A stretch of DNA of 64,000 nucleotides from Candidatus Latescibacterota bacterium (lineage in GTDB: Bacteria > Latescibacterota > UBA2968). A program made the translations under genes and the position numbers. Below are positions 29,929-40,410 of the stretch, piece after piece (the stretch's first letter is position 1; each line of letters starts with the position of its first letter). Under the pieces are notes generated by a model. It did not search any database. It saw only the letters and a program-made list of their open reading frames with translations, and was not told where the DNA came from. The DNA lies in NCBI GenBank assembly GCA_965116885.1, contig OZ220741.1, positions 4,352,001-4,416,000 of the forward strand, written 5' to 3'.

Positions 29929-32373
29929 TTAGAATAACAAGACCGATACCGACTTCTGGATCATGGCAATGGACACCGATGCCATGCCCACGAGGGCCAT
30001 ACCCACGGAAAAGCCGACCATCAATACCGCTGCATAAATGCGCCATTGTTGCTTGCCAAAACGCTTCCAAAAATAGTAGCGAGCAATCAGCGCGCCAATG
30101 ATCTCAGTGATCATAAAATGCGGAATACTGGTCAAACTACGTATATAACCAAAGATGAGCAAAATGGGCAACCCAAACAGGGACAAAACAATGAAGAACA
30201 CAAGCCCAATGGCAAATCCGGTACCAATAACCCAGGGTTTCAGAGCCTCGAACAAAATGGGCTTATCATCCGACGACTGTAAAAATGCCCCATCAAAAGA
30301 AGGCACCTGATCGATCTCGTATTGATAGAACAATTCTCGGTCCTGAGGATCCATCGCCCTGGAAATGACCATTTCTGGATTTGGAGTACGCAGGTGCGCG
30401 CCATCGTCCGCGCTGCGTATTTCTGGCGCAGAAGGCAATCCCTGAGCCAGAGCATCGGAAATATCGGGCGGAGCGCGACTCAGCGTTGAGGGCGAGTATG
30501 GCGGGGGTTGTTCAGCATCAAAATTGGTGTAAAAATAGGCAGTTTTAGACCACGGGCCATATCTGACCTGGTCTGGAGGCACACTCTCTGGATCATCAGG
30601 CGTTGCCCTTACCCGCCAGTACCACCACGCATTATTCGACAAATTCGCCGGCGTCCACGTTACAGTGTTCTCTTCAGAATAGTCAACTTCCCCGCGCATG
30701 GTACTGGTAATCCACACACACCGCTGGAGGGCGTTCAACGGCCAGAACAATTGCACATAAGGATACGCGTCAGAAGGAATGGGTGCGAGTTTCCAAATAT
30801 AGGACCAATACATAAAACTGGTTAGAAAAACCAGAGGCACCATAAAGATCTCGGCCTTCAAAATGCTCGTAAATTTGGTACCCGTCAACTCGATCTCTCT
30901 GAAACGCTGCGCCGCCGCGCCATAGTTGTCCAGACCAAAATCCACAAACCAGATCTCAATTCCCCGGAAACCACTCAAAAAAATGGTCGCTTGTTTAATG
31001 TACGGGATACTCACGTTTTGCCCCACCATACCGTCTAAACGGGCGTTGACAAATGAAATGAGGGGCGTGTACACAAATGCAAAGATAAAGAAAAAGATAA
31101 GCAGGGTGATGGTGACCAGTTGTGGAAAAAGAATTTTGGACAGAACAATGGTGTACAAACTCGCTATACAAAACAACACCACGCAAATCCAAATCCTGAA
31201 ATCACCCCGCCCGGGCGGCGTTTCCCACGATCCCTTCTCGGTCTTTTCAATCCGCGCGGTTCGCACCCCGCGCCACACCTGATAAAATCCGATAACAGTA
31301 ATGGCAAATGTAATGCCAATACCAAAGCTCATCCAGAAATCAATACCCGTCACAAAGTGCGTCTGGATAGTATCCATCCCCATAAACCAGTGCGGCATAA
31401 ATCCATAATGGTGTAAAATGGGGCTTGCAATTGTATGGATCACCACGCCTATAAAAGCCCCCATCACAGCCCAGAATGGGGCGAGGAAACCCGCAAAAAT
31501 GGGTCCCAGATGCAGGGTGAAGCCCAGCGGGGTAGCGGGCAAAAAATATCCTGTATATTGCGTGAAATCGACAAATGGAATCGGGATAAGCTGCACGGGT
31601 TGTTCCATAAACGCACCCGTAATAGCCGGCACAGCCACATAGACCATCCCCCACACCAGGCCAATCACCGCACCGACAGAAAACATGCGCCAGCGCCACG
31701 TAATATCCCCACTGCTTTCTTCTGCCAATGCCATAGCCCCCTGTGCCGCGATGGGAGCAAATGGAAAAGGCAATTTCTCGTAATCGGACGTGATGCGGAA
31801 CAGCACATAACTGGCGGAAAACCAGGCAATGCGCCCCATAATTGTGCCCAGTATCAGCAATGCAATGGGCCAAAACCAATCGGCGTGTAAAAACGTGCGC
31901 TCGATCAGCGCCTCGGAATTTGCCTTCGGCGCGAACCACCACAATTCGCCCAATGCCTTTTGTATGCCAAATTGCACGACTGCGGGCGACTGCACAAAAT
32001 ACTGATTCCACAATAGACCTTCAAAGGCATTGGACTCCCGGTTGACCAGCGCAATCGTCACATAATACAGCAGATATATTTCCTGTCGCTTGAGTACAGT
32101 AAACGAGCGCTTTGCCAATTCGATGAACAAAATAATCGTGACCCACTGCGCCGCCGCGCCAATTGAGCCGCCGATCATCAGTTCCAGATAAATATTGCCG
32201 GGCACCATCACAATCGACACAAATAATGCACCCACAATGGTCTTTGCGTTAAAGCCATCGGCAAATTCGTCGGGTGTTTGGAGCAGATCGCGATACTCTT
32301 CGATCTCTTCAAACTGCGTATTTTTTCTTTTTGGTTTGTCTTTGTTGCGTCTTAAAAGATTGCCTAAAGCCAT
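29929..32373 (-). CDS. OPT-like polytopic membrane protein with inserted soluble beta-rich domain
   Basis: Many TM helices, LPFPFAPI.A.GA motif; about 150-aa hydrophilic insert containing WYWRVRA. Confidence 0.6.
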   Translation of the reverse strand: MALGNLLRRNKDKPKRKNTQFEEIEEYRDLLQTPDEFADGFNAKTIVGALFVSIVMVPGNIYLELMIGGSIGAAAQWVTIILFIELAKRSFTVLKRQEIYLLYYVTIALVNRESNAFEGLLWNQYFVQSPAVVQFGIQKALGELWWFAPKANSEALIERTFLHADWFWPIALLILGTIMGRIAWFSASYVLFRITSDYEKLPFPFAPIAAQGAMALAEESSGDITWRWRMFSVGAVIGLVWGMVYVAVPAITGAFMEQPVQLIPIPFVDFTQYTGYFLPATPLGFTLHLGPIFAGFLAPFWAVMGAFIGVVIHTIASPILHHYGFMPHWFMGMDTIQTHFVTGIDFWMSFGIGITFAITVIGFYQVWRGVRTARIEKTEKGSWETPPGRGDFRIWICVVLFCIASLYTIVLSKILFPQLVTITLLIFFFIFAFVYTPLISFVNARLDGMVGQNVSIPYIKQATIFLSGFRGIEIWFVDFGLDNYGAAAQRFREIELTGTKFTSILKAEIFMVPLVFLTSFMYWSYIWKLAPIPSDAYPYVQLFWPLNALQRCVWITSTMRGEVDYSEENTVTWTPANLSNNAWWYWRVRATPDDPESVPPDQVRYGPWSKTAYFYTNFDAEQPPPYSPSTLSRAPPDISDALAQGLPSAPEIRSADDGAHLRTPNPEMVISRAMDPQDRELFYQYEIDQVPSFDGAFLQSSDDKPILFEALKPWVIGTGFAIGLVFFIVLSLFGLPILLIFGYIRSLTSIPHFMITEIIGALIARYYFWKRFGKQQWRIYAAVLMVGFSVGMALVGMASVSIAMIQKSVSVLLF

Positions 32374-32394
32374 AGATTGTCCCGTGTATAGATA

Positions 32395-35300
32395 CTACGC
32401 ATTGACCACTGCTGTGGGTGCTGCCAGCAACTCTCGCCCTTTTTCCGTGTATTTGGCGCGATTCGTTGGATCAACTGTTCGCCAGATCAAAAACTGTTTG
32501 CGAAGCGCGTTCATAAAGCCCTGATTGCCCCGCCGCCACGAAGCCACATCACCAGAAAGTCGATCTATTGTTAGCGTCATCGCAAAAATATTGTGCTCAC
32601 CTATTGGCACGGCTTCAAAATGTACCTGTTGACTCACACCCAAATCATAAGGCGCTAACCAGATTGTCGTATCAATCGTATAGCCCGACCCGGTTTCTGC
32701 TTCAACAGAACCAAACCGCGCACCATCTGTATAAAACGCGCCCATGGACTCGCCCATGTGCGACTCGAAATAATCCACCAGAAATACCGACAGCCCAAAC
32801 ACGTCTTTACCACCTACGGTAAATGGAAACTCAAAATGCCAGTGATCGCCTTCCGGATCGGGCAACCTCCAGCGGCGCGTCACATCGGGCACAGCCATAA
32901 GTGCCGCCTGACGCGCGGGATAGAGCGACGAAATCAAAACCACGACCATCACCAGAGCTGAAGAAATAACCGTTGACAATGCCGAGTAATTCACATTAAG
33001 CCCTTGCAACCACCCCTGCCACAACAAAACTTTGATCACTCCTTGACCGAGCAAATACCCCGATACAGTACCCAATACAGCGTAAACGCACGCTTCGGCA
33101 ATAAACAAAAAAGAGATGTGTACAGGTGCCAACCCCACGGCAGAATAAATACCAATCTCGCGGAAGCGCTCGTACACCGACCCCATCATCGTATTCAGCA
33201 CAATTAGTGCAGCCACCAGAATGGGAACAAACAAATTGGCAAGGCCGGGCAATGGCCCCCATCCCAGCGAACTGTAAATTGACACCTCGATTTTGCCGTC
33301 TTCCCCTGGAATACCCGCGTACACAACCACCGACAACCGCGACACGTATTCTTTGACCTGTTCTTCGACATTTACATCTTCGTGCAAACGAATTGCCACA
33401 GATTGCAGTGGACTGCCCACTTCGCGCAATATCTTATAGGGAATAATGGCAATATCGTCCGGATCTATATGCTCGAATGGCATGTTCTCGAGCTGAGGCT
33501 GTTCCAGACCCTGTTTTTCGCGACTCTCCCGCTGAGTCATCTGAGAGATAATTTCATCATCCGTCAGCTTAAAATCTGCCGGACTCAATATCTCGCCATC
33601 CAGGTCCTTGAGATCGCGCATTTTTTCCGCATCGATCAAACCCACGACTTTCAACTGTTTGCCAAATAAGCGCACGCTCTTTTTGCCAACATCCCCTGGC
33701 TCTACCTCGAGCAATCCGGCTATTTTGCCAGGCAAAATACACGCGATCTCACCCTCTTCAAACCACCGTCCATGGCTCAACAAAGTATCGATGCTCGTGA
33801 CTGCAGGCTCATTGACCGATAGTCCCACTATCCCCAGCACTTTGGTCGATTTTTCAGGCGTTTCAATAGGCGTCTTTTTCAGGTCCCGCGTAACATACCA
33901 ACTGCGCGGCGCGATCTCACCCTGATCAAAAAAATTGATGCGGGCATAATCATAAGCCGTATCCTCCAGCGGCCCCCAGAATTGGCTGCGGATCAACAGC
34001 CCCGGATACTTGCCTTCGGTATCATCCAGCGGAAGTTGATGAAAATCGAGCGTCGTCTTAATCGACGTAAAGGACAACACCGTAAATGTCAATAAGACCA
34101 GCGTTGCAAATGTCAGGCTGGTGCGCATTTTGCGCTTTTTCATATTCGCAATACCCAACTGAAATGCTGCCACTGAAGCACTTATACGCCCCACATCCGT
34201 ATCGTGCAACAACACCTCTTCTGTGCGCAATTGACGGATATTGTCGTGAAACCGCCCCGACACAATGGAAATCACAAAAACCGCCAGTGCCAGAATCACA
34301 AAAGCCAGCAAAATCACAAATGGATTGGAGAGATCAAAAGCGGGATGCACCTGCGCGAGAACGGTCCAGATCACCACAAAAACCACGCTAAAACCGCCGA
34401 TTTGCACCCGGATATCGGAAAAGGTAAAAAGCAACCGCTCGACAAAAAACGCACACGGAATAACCAGCAGCATAAAGAAAATCACGCCTCGAATTACATC
34501 GTTTTGCGTTGATTTTACGTCTGGATAGGCGCGCGATTCGAGGCCCATGCCCGCGCGCGTGTGTTTGACAAACAAATCCCATTTCCTATCTTTCATCGCT
34601 TCTTCGGCCAAATCCAGATGGTATTTGGCCTGATCGTGCAAATTGGTCATCCGCTGATTCTCAATCGAATACTTCGCCAATTCGCGCATCCGCGCCTCGT
34701 TCAGTGTCCACATATCTTTTGCGGCCTGAAACGAAGAGCGAATAAACGCCCCCCCGTGTTGCAAAATCTGAAACCCATCGCCGCGCGCGACTTCCACACT
34801 TTCCGCGCTCTTTGAGTTCAACAACAAATAGCGCACGCCGATCTCTCGCTCCCGCATCACAATTTTGATTCGTTCGCCCGGCGTTGTAAAAATGGTTCCC
34901 ACCGGTTCTTCTGGACCAAAACCAATGGCATAGCCGTATTCCTGTGGCGCAGTATTGCCGGGACCGAGCACACTGATGCTCGACAACTTGGTGAGATAAC
35001 GGGGATCTACTGTATCGTAAAAATCCGTTGCAACACACGGGAACAAAATCCGCGTGCGCTTGGATATCCACCAGTCCATATTAAACTCGCCCCGGTATAT
35101 GCGCGCCTGGCGGCCGTGATTGGGTGCGTATGTGATCTCGCCGCTTTCTGGATCCATATAAAAAGCCTTCACATCCACACGGCGTTCGGCAATGCCCGGC
35201 ATGTAAAATTCGCCATTTTCATCGGCAATATCGTAATAGACGCGGCGCACGCCTTTAATCGATTTGTCATTGCCCATTCGCAGCGAAGCCACAGCACCGG

Positions 35301-36912
35301 GACGGGGGCGATCAGGTGTAATGCTCAGTCGGGGAAATGTGCGCACAAAACCCTGCAACCCGCGCATGCGATCGTCGGGATCCAGCTTGTAATCGGGCAA
35401 AAAATCTTCGGAATTTAACCCGAGGTCAAGCACGCCGGCAAGCAGGCGTATCTGCCCGGTGAGATTTTTGAAATTCACATGTTCGGGTTTATCCAGCGGA
35501 GTATCTACTCTAAAACGCGCATCGTTGACCGTAATGAGCGATAGCGCTGGCGTGCCAGCTTCCAAAACGACCTCACCATCTGTCTTCAGGACTTTTCCCG
35601 GAATATACATATCCCAGTTCATGCCGCCTTTGGGATTGATTCCATCGATGAGGGCATCGGCGGGGTCCAGGTCAAAGCGCTCGGCTATCGCCTCTGAATA
35701 ATGCACAAGCGATTTGCCAAATGGTGTAAAGAAACGCTTGTAATAATAATTGCGCGTGCTGTTCCAAACCCCGATTTCATCTGTCTGACTCGTCAAATCC
35801 AGAGAAATGAACAGCGGCAATTCGAGAGGTTCAGTCATCAATGCGGCAAAATGCTTTTCTTTCCGCGAATGCCTGCTCAAAAAATCGCAAATACCTCTAA
35901 AGCCGAGATGATGCCCAGAAGATGCGAGAAACAAAAGCGTGTGTTTGGGCGGGTACTTGCTGAAATATTCGGCCAACTTCATCAGGCCCACAATCCCACC
36001 TGCCATCTCAGCGCCTGGCGCGAGTGCTGGTACTACAGACATCGCATCGTAATACGTATTGATCACCACGATTTTTTCGCTCAATACGGGATCGATTCCG
36101 CGAATCCAGCCCAAAATATTCCGGGTCTCTTTCTTTTCCCAATCCATTCGCGCCTTCAAAGTGACATTGACCTCATCCTTTTGCGCAATCAATTCCTTCA
36201 GCTTTTCGCCACTTGCCTTATCGATCCAAAAACGCTCAACACTATTGGGCACCTGCAAAAATTTGGTCTCTGCCTGCGCGGTAAACGTGGAATCGGGTTC
36301 GATAAACACAATCTGCTGTGCGCCGAGCATGGCGGCATTGAGCCAGTTGTTCCACGAATTAAATTCCATCAACACCACCGCGCCCTCTATATCGCGCCCA
36401 TTAAATTCCGACACATCGCCAGTGCCTCCCCACAAGAGATGCCCCCGCACGCCACCTGCGGGCAAGGTGGTCGTCTTGACCAGATTGGGCCACAAACCGT
36501 GAATGGTAAAAACCTCGCCTGTATCTTCCACCATTAAGCTGCCGCCCTGGTCTATGGGCACGGCCACGCCATACGTCTCGGATTCTACGTCTTCCATGCC
36601 AAAACGCCGAAACTCAGATTCTATAAAATCCGCGGCTTTTTCATGGCCGGAATAACCCACTACGCGTGAATCGTAGCGCACAAACTGATCCATCAACGCG
36701 CGAATCCCATCTTCGCGCACGGCATCCAAAACCCGTGTACCCACTTCTTCTGCACGAGGAACGGGTACGGGCGGAACCTCGCCGGGCACTTCCAATCCCA
36801 ATAGAGCAGCTATACGGGGATTTACGCGATAGGGACCGGCAATCAGGAGTGCCGTAACAAAAACCCCCAGGACGATAAGGCTCCATGTGATGTGCTTATA
36901 ATATTTATCCAT
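32395..36912 (-). CDS. Large membrane protein: M28-peptidase-like N-domain plus FtsX/MacB-like permease domains
   Basis: SRVVGYSGH..AA..I, YDAMS...APGA; C-terminal NTMMGSVYERFREIGIY..VG and SLYPARQA FtsX motifs. Confidence 0.75.
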   Translation of the reverse strand: MDKYYKHITWSLIVLGVFVTALLIAGPYRVNPRIAALLGLEVPGEVPPVPVPRAEEVGTRVLDAVREDGIRALMDQFVRYDSRVVGYSGHEKAADFIESEFRRFGMEDVESETYGVAVPIDQGGSLMVEDTGEVFTIHGLWPNLVKTTTLPAGGVRGHLLWGGTGDVSEFNGRDIEGAVVLMEFNSWNNWLNAAMLGAQQIVFIEPDSTFTAQAETKFLQVPNSVERFWIDKASGEKLKELIAQKDEVNVTLKARMDWEKKETRNILGWIRGIDPVLSEKIVVINTYYDAMSVVPALAPGAEMAGGIVGLMKLAEYFSKYPPKHTLLFLASSGHHLGFRGICDFLSRHSRKEKHFAALMTEPLELPLFISLDLTSQTDEIGVWNSTRNYYYKRFFTPFGKSLVHYSEAIAERFDLDPADALIDGINPKGGMNWDMYIPGKVLKTDGEVVLEAGTPALSLITVNDARFRVDTPLDKPEHVNFKNLTGQIRLLAGVLDLGLNSEDFLPDYKLDPDDRMRGLQGFVRTFPRLSITPDRPRPGAVASLRMGNDKSIKGVRRVYYDIADENGEFYMPGIAERRVDVKAFYMDPESGEITYAPNHGRQARIYRGEFNMDWWISKRTRILFPCVATDFYDTVDPRYLTKLSSISVLGPGNTAPQEYGYAIGFGPEEPVGTIFTTPGERIKIVMREREIGVRYLLLNSKSAESVEVARGDGFQILQHGGAFIRSSFQAAKDMWTLNEARMRELAKYSIENQRMTNLHDQAKYHLDLAEEAMKDRKWDLFVKHTRAGMGLESRAYPDVKSTQNDVIRGVIFFMLLVIPCAFFVERLLFTFSDIRVQIGGFSVVFVVIWTVLAQVHPAFDLSNPFVILLAFVILALAVFVISIVSGRFHDNIRQLRTEEVLLHDTDVGRISASVAAFQLGIANMKKRKMRTSLTFATLVLLTFTVLSFTSIKTTLDFHQLPLDDTEGKYPGLLIRSQFWGPLEDTAYDYARINFFDQGEIAPRSWYVTRDLKKTPIETPEKSTKVLGIVGLSVNEPAVTSIDTLLSHGRWFEEGEIACILPGKIAGLLEVEPGDVGKKSVRLFGKQLKVVGLIDAEKMRDLKDLDGEILSPADFKLTDDEIISQMTQRESREKQGLEQPQLENMPFEHIDPDDIAIIPYKILREVGSPLQSVAIRLHEDVNVEEQVKEYVSRLSVVVYAGIPGEDGKIEVSIYSSLGWGPLPGLANLFVPILVAALIVLNTMMGSVYERFREIGIYSAVGLAPVHISFLFIAEACVYAVLGTVSGYLLGQGVIKVLLWQGWLQGLNVNYSALSTVISSALVMVVVLISSLYPARQAALMAVPDVTRRWRLPDPEGDHWHFEFPFTVGGKDVFGLSVFLVDYFESHMGESMGAFYTDGARFGSVEAETGSGYTIDTTIWLAPYDLGVSQQVHFEAVPIGEHNIFAMTLTIDRLSGDVASWRRGNQGFMNALRKQFLIWRTVDPTNRAKYTEKGRELLAAPTAVVNA

Positions 36913-38896
36913 AGCGATGTACCCAATGTCCGCGTTCAGGGAACCAGATCATGTCGATACCCAATGACAAAGCCACGCCGAGAATATATCCGACGAGCAA
37001 ACCGATGAACAGGGGTCTCGATTTGCGATAAACCGTTGGCCCGCCTACTTTTATGATTACAAACTTAATCAACCAAGCCAGAAAAGTTGTAAAGCTGGTG
37101 CGTCGGGCCAGATAAGAACCCGAAATCGCCAACCCCACGGGATGCAGCGGCCACCACACAAAGCGATAGCGCATATAGATCAATCCAGCCATCAGAAGAC
37201 CGCCAATGCCCAAAAATACCGCTTGTTCGGGATGTTCCTCATAAAATGGCGGCTCGTCAGGTTTTTTGATCGCATCAACCGTGCTCTGAAAATGGCGTTC
37301 GGCTGCCCGCGTGATCTCCCAACTGTTGAAATTATAAGCCCCTTGATCGTAACCCAACCACACGGTAAACAACATATTAAACAGCAAGCTGACCATAAAT
37401 ACCAGTCCAAGCGCCCCCATCAACCGCCGCCGCTGATTGCCGGGAACACCCTCGGAAACACGCCCGGCATGGGAAAGCGCGGGCATAAACAAGCCCTTAA
37501 AATTCTCGTTAATCAGTGCGGAAAAGCGAAAAGAGACGAGGGTGGAAAGCGAGATATTGCGCCTTCCATAAAACGATGCGACCATACTCCATGACCCAAT
37601 GGGTTTGCTCGCAAATGGCATGCCGGTATCGGCGAGGATCTTCGCCATACCCGTATAGACAAAAATCGCTGCCAGAATATATAAAAATCCTTTAAACGGA
37701 TCGAAATTCATCTGCGTCAGCCAGATAAACAAATACGCTATGCTGCACAGCAAACCGATACAAGCGGCGCGATAGGACATCAATTCCTGGGAGTCATCCA
37801 CTGTGGGATCCCTCCCGAGAGCCTTCATCAACACATCGCGCAAATGTTTTCTCGCTACCCAGAATGTCGAACCCACAAAAACGACAAAGGCTCCAAAAGT
37901 CTGCCAGTAATACACTCCCGTGCGATAATAAGGCGTGGTGGCTTTATAGCCCCACTTAGTGAGCTGGCCACCTTCAAAGATGAACACCAGATCAAAAAAC
38001 CAGATTGAAAACAGAACATCCAGGCTGGCAAAATAAGAAAAAAGAATGGTAAAAATGCCAAAGTATCCCCTGATAGGCGGCAATTGGCGATCTATCCAGT
38101 ACCAGCGCGACCGATAAATGGGAAAACGCGGAAAGCCCGGCAAAAAGTAATTGATACAATTCCAGGCCAGCACGCCAAACGCAATGGCAAATCCGATCCA
38201 GAACAAGCGATTGCGCATAAACTCGGGCAACCACCCCTCACCATCACCCGGTTCAGAAGTCATATCGATCAACGGCGCCATTGCGGGAAAAACCAGGCGT
38301 TCGTTTTGCACCCATTGTTTTCTAAAAACAGTGGCCACACAGGCCAGCATTAAAAAAGCCGCCGCCACAACCGTCGTCCACCAAAACAGGGGCAATATCC
38401 ACACGCCCCAGGGGATAGTAGCACCACTCGGCAAGCCTTCGTAAAACCACGCAACGGCATTGCCCTCAGGGCTCGGCAAGAGCCAGTTGGGCAAATGCGG
38501 GTGCAAGTGCTCAGCCCACTGGTTTTCTTCCGTAGCAAAATAATAAGGTGCCGTGATATAGCCGATCAAATAACCCGTCATTCCAAAACACGGGAGTGCT
38601 GCCCCCACAAGACCCATCGCCAAAATTGCATGCCATTCGCCTTTTGAGAGCACCCAGCCGGTCATTTTGGCAACGATTGCGAGTCCGATCATCAAAATCA
38701 TCAAAATGATCAACATGGCCATTGGAATGTGGCTATACGTCATCAGCGAAGCGTGCAAGACATAGCGTACATACATAGCCAGCAGATCGAGGGCAATGAC
38801 GAGAAAAACGCCCAATCCCACAGCGCGCAATGTTACTGCAGGTTGTGAACTCGCATCATCTGTTTCCGTCTGAATATTTTGTATATCAAGAGCCAT
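36905..38896 (-). CDS. DUF6785/DUF6784-like polytopic membrane protein
   Basis: WVQNERLVFP, RYRFVWWPLHPVG, RPLFIGLLVG. Confidence 0.7.
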   Translation of the reverse strand: MALDIQNIQTETDDASSQPAVTLRAVGLGVFLVIALDLLAMYVRYVLHASLMTYSHIPMAMLIILMILMIGLAIVAKMTGWVLSKGEWHAILAMGLVGAALPCFGMTGYLIGYITAPYYFATEENQWAEHLHPHLPNWLLPSPEGNAVAWFYEGLPSGATIPWGVWILPLFWWTTVVAAAFLMLACVATVFRKQWVQNERLVFPAMAPLIDMTSEPGDGEGWLPEFMRNRLFWIGFAIAFGVLAWNCINYFLPGFPRFPIYRSRWYWIDRQLPPIRGYFGIFTILFSYFASLDVLFSIWFFDLVFIFEGGQLTKWGYKATTPYYRTGVYYWQTFGAFVVFVGSTFWVARKHLRDVLMKALGRDPTVDDSQELMSYRAACIGLLCSIAYLFIWLTQMNFDPFKGFLYILAAIFVYTGMAKILADTGMPFASKPIGSWSMVASFYGRRNISLSTLVSFRFSALINENFKGLFMPALSHAGRVSEGVPGNQRRRLMGALGLVFMVSLLFNMLFTVWLGYDQGAYNFNSWEITRAAERHFQSTVDAIKKPDEPPFYEEHPEQAVFLGIGGLLMAGLIYMRYRFVWWPLHPVGLAISGSYLARRTSFTTFLAWLIKFVIIKVGGPTVYRKSRPLFIGLLVGYILGVALSLGIDMIWFPERGHWVHRYG

Positions 38897-39056
38897 CGGT
38901 ATGATTTTCGTGATACAAGGTAAAATCCCTTAAAAAATGTGCGGGGATAATTAACCCTTGCCCCTTGCATTTGTCAAATGGTTTATCTGTTTATAATTGT
39001 AATCCTGCACATAGCGCAACATTGCTCCTGTTTACGAAAAAACGTAAGCAAGAACC

Positions 39057-39085
39057 TTGACACCAATCAGCCGTTTTGTTAAATT
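39057..39085 (+). promoter_or_regulatory. sigma70 promoter of tRNA-Phe
   Basis: TTGACA-17 nt-TAAATT, 25 nt upstream of the tRNA. Confidence 0.55.
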
Positions 39086-39110
39086 TGGTCGTCTTATCGG
39101 GAAAGATGAT

Positions 39111-39183
<73 letters not shown>

Positions 39184-39239
39184 CCTTTTTTTGTTTGACC
39201 CTACACAGACGTAGATTTCCTTCTAAAAGTTCCAATAAG

Positions 39240-39275
39240 AAAAGGGTGTGAATACTGCAAGTTCACACCCCTTTT
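39240..39275. terminator. Bidirectional intrinsic terminator
   Basis: AAAAGGGTGTGAA-loop-TTCACACCCCTTTT. Confidence 0.7.
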
Positions 39276-39292
39276 TGTTTTTTAAAAAAAAC

Positions 39293-39357
39293 GGGCGACC
39301 ACAGGGGGTCGCCCCTACAAATAATATCATTGTAGGGGACGGCCCCTGTGCCGTCCC
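39293..39357. repeat. Inverted pair of GTAG-type REP elements
   Basis: 39293-39318 (rc GTAGGGGCGACCCCCTGTGGTCGCCC) and 39332-39357 (GTAGGGGACGGCCCCTGTGCCGTCCC). Confidence 0.75.
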
Positions 39358-39374
39358 AGGTTGTTTTTTTAACG

Positions 39375-40166
39375 TTATAAACTCTGCGCCACCCGAAACC
39401 CCACATAAAGACTCCCGGCAAAGGTTCTGTGTTGGTCGCGAGCAGCCGAGCGAAGGAAATATCCTTCCAGATACCATGCACCACCGCGCACCACGCGCGA
39501 AGTAGAGTCGCCGACCTCCCACGCAGATCCGTCATCGGGTGCGCCCACATATCTATTATTATAACGATCCTGAGTCCATTCCCACACATTGCCGTGCATA
39601 TCGTGAAGGCCCCAGGCATTGGCCTCGAACGATCCCACAGGCGCTGACATCTCATTATCCCACTGACTGCCGCACCCATTGCAATTGGCGAGGTTTTGAC
39701 CGAGATTATTCCCCCAGCTATACCTCGTCACTGTTCCCGCACGCGCCGCATACTCCCACTCCGCCTCGCTCGGCAAACGATAGTTCTTCCCCGTCTGCTC
39801 CGATAACCACGCTGTGTACGCCACCGCATCGTCCCAGGTGATATTGATCACGGGACGCCGCCCCCGACCAAAACCCCGGTCATCTGCTCGCTCGCGCCCC
39901 GTCGCATCCGTGAAGAGATCGTATTCCTCAAATGTCACTTCGTACTTCGACAGCGCGAACGATGCAATCGTCACCTCATGCACCGGCCTCTCGCTATTAT
40001 TACAACTTCTCCCCGACACGCACCCCATCTTAAAATTTCCCGCGGGAATTACCACCATCTCCGGCGTTTTAAAAGAAGCCCCTTCCTCCTGTGAAACACG
40101 AGCAGATGCAACCGTGAAAAATCCCAATGCGATTACAGCGAAAACACTTTTGATTACTCTCTGCAT
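39375..40166 (-). CDS. Secreted FGE-sulfatase (formylglycine-generating enzyme-like) domain protein
   Basis: Signal peptide; IPAG.F.MG, YRLPSEAEWEYAARAG, GLHDMHGNVWEW, RVVRGG.W, GFRVA. Confidence 0.88.
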   Translation of the reverse strand: MQRVIKSVFAVIALGFFTVASARVSQEEGASFKTPEMVVIPAGNFKMGCVSGRSCNNSERPVHEVTIASFALSKYEVTFEEYDLFTDATGRERADDRGFGRGRRPVINITWDDAVAYTAWLSEQTGKNYRLPSEAEWEYAARAGTVTRYSWGNNLGQNLANCNGCGSQWDNEMSAPVGSFEANAWGLHDMHGNVWEWTQDRYNNRYVGAPDDGSAWEVGDSTSRVVRGGAWYLEGYFLRSAARDQHRTFAGSLYVGFRVAQSL

Positions 40167-40410
40167 GATCTCTCTCCTGTCATTACCACCTGATAAATGC
40201 TCATAACAGAAAAAATAAGACAACTTCCTATGGATGAGAAACATATTTTTTACCTTCCGATAGTCACATTGACCAGGGCGCCAGGGCGGACGTACTTTCC
40301 CGCATTCAAAAAAAGACCTGTTACTTTGCACGTCCCATTTTCGGGATCAATTATGGGACTGATCCCGACGACGCGCCCGGGCAGCGCGCTTTCCGCCAGC
40401 GGGTTGTATA

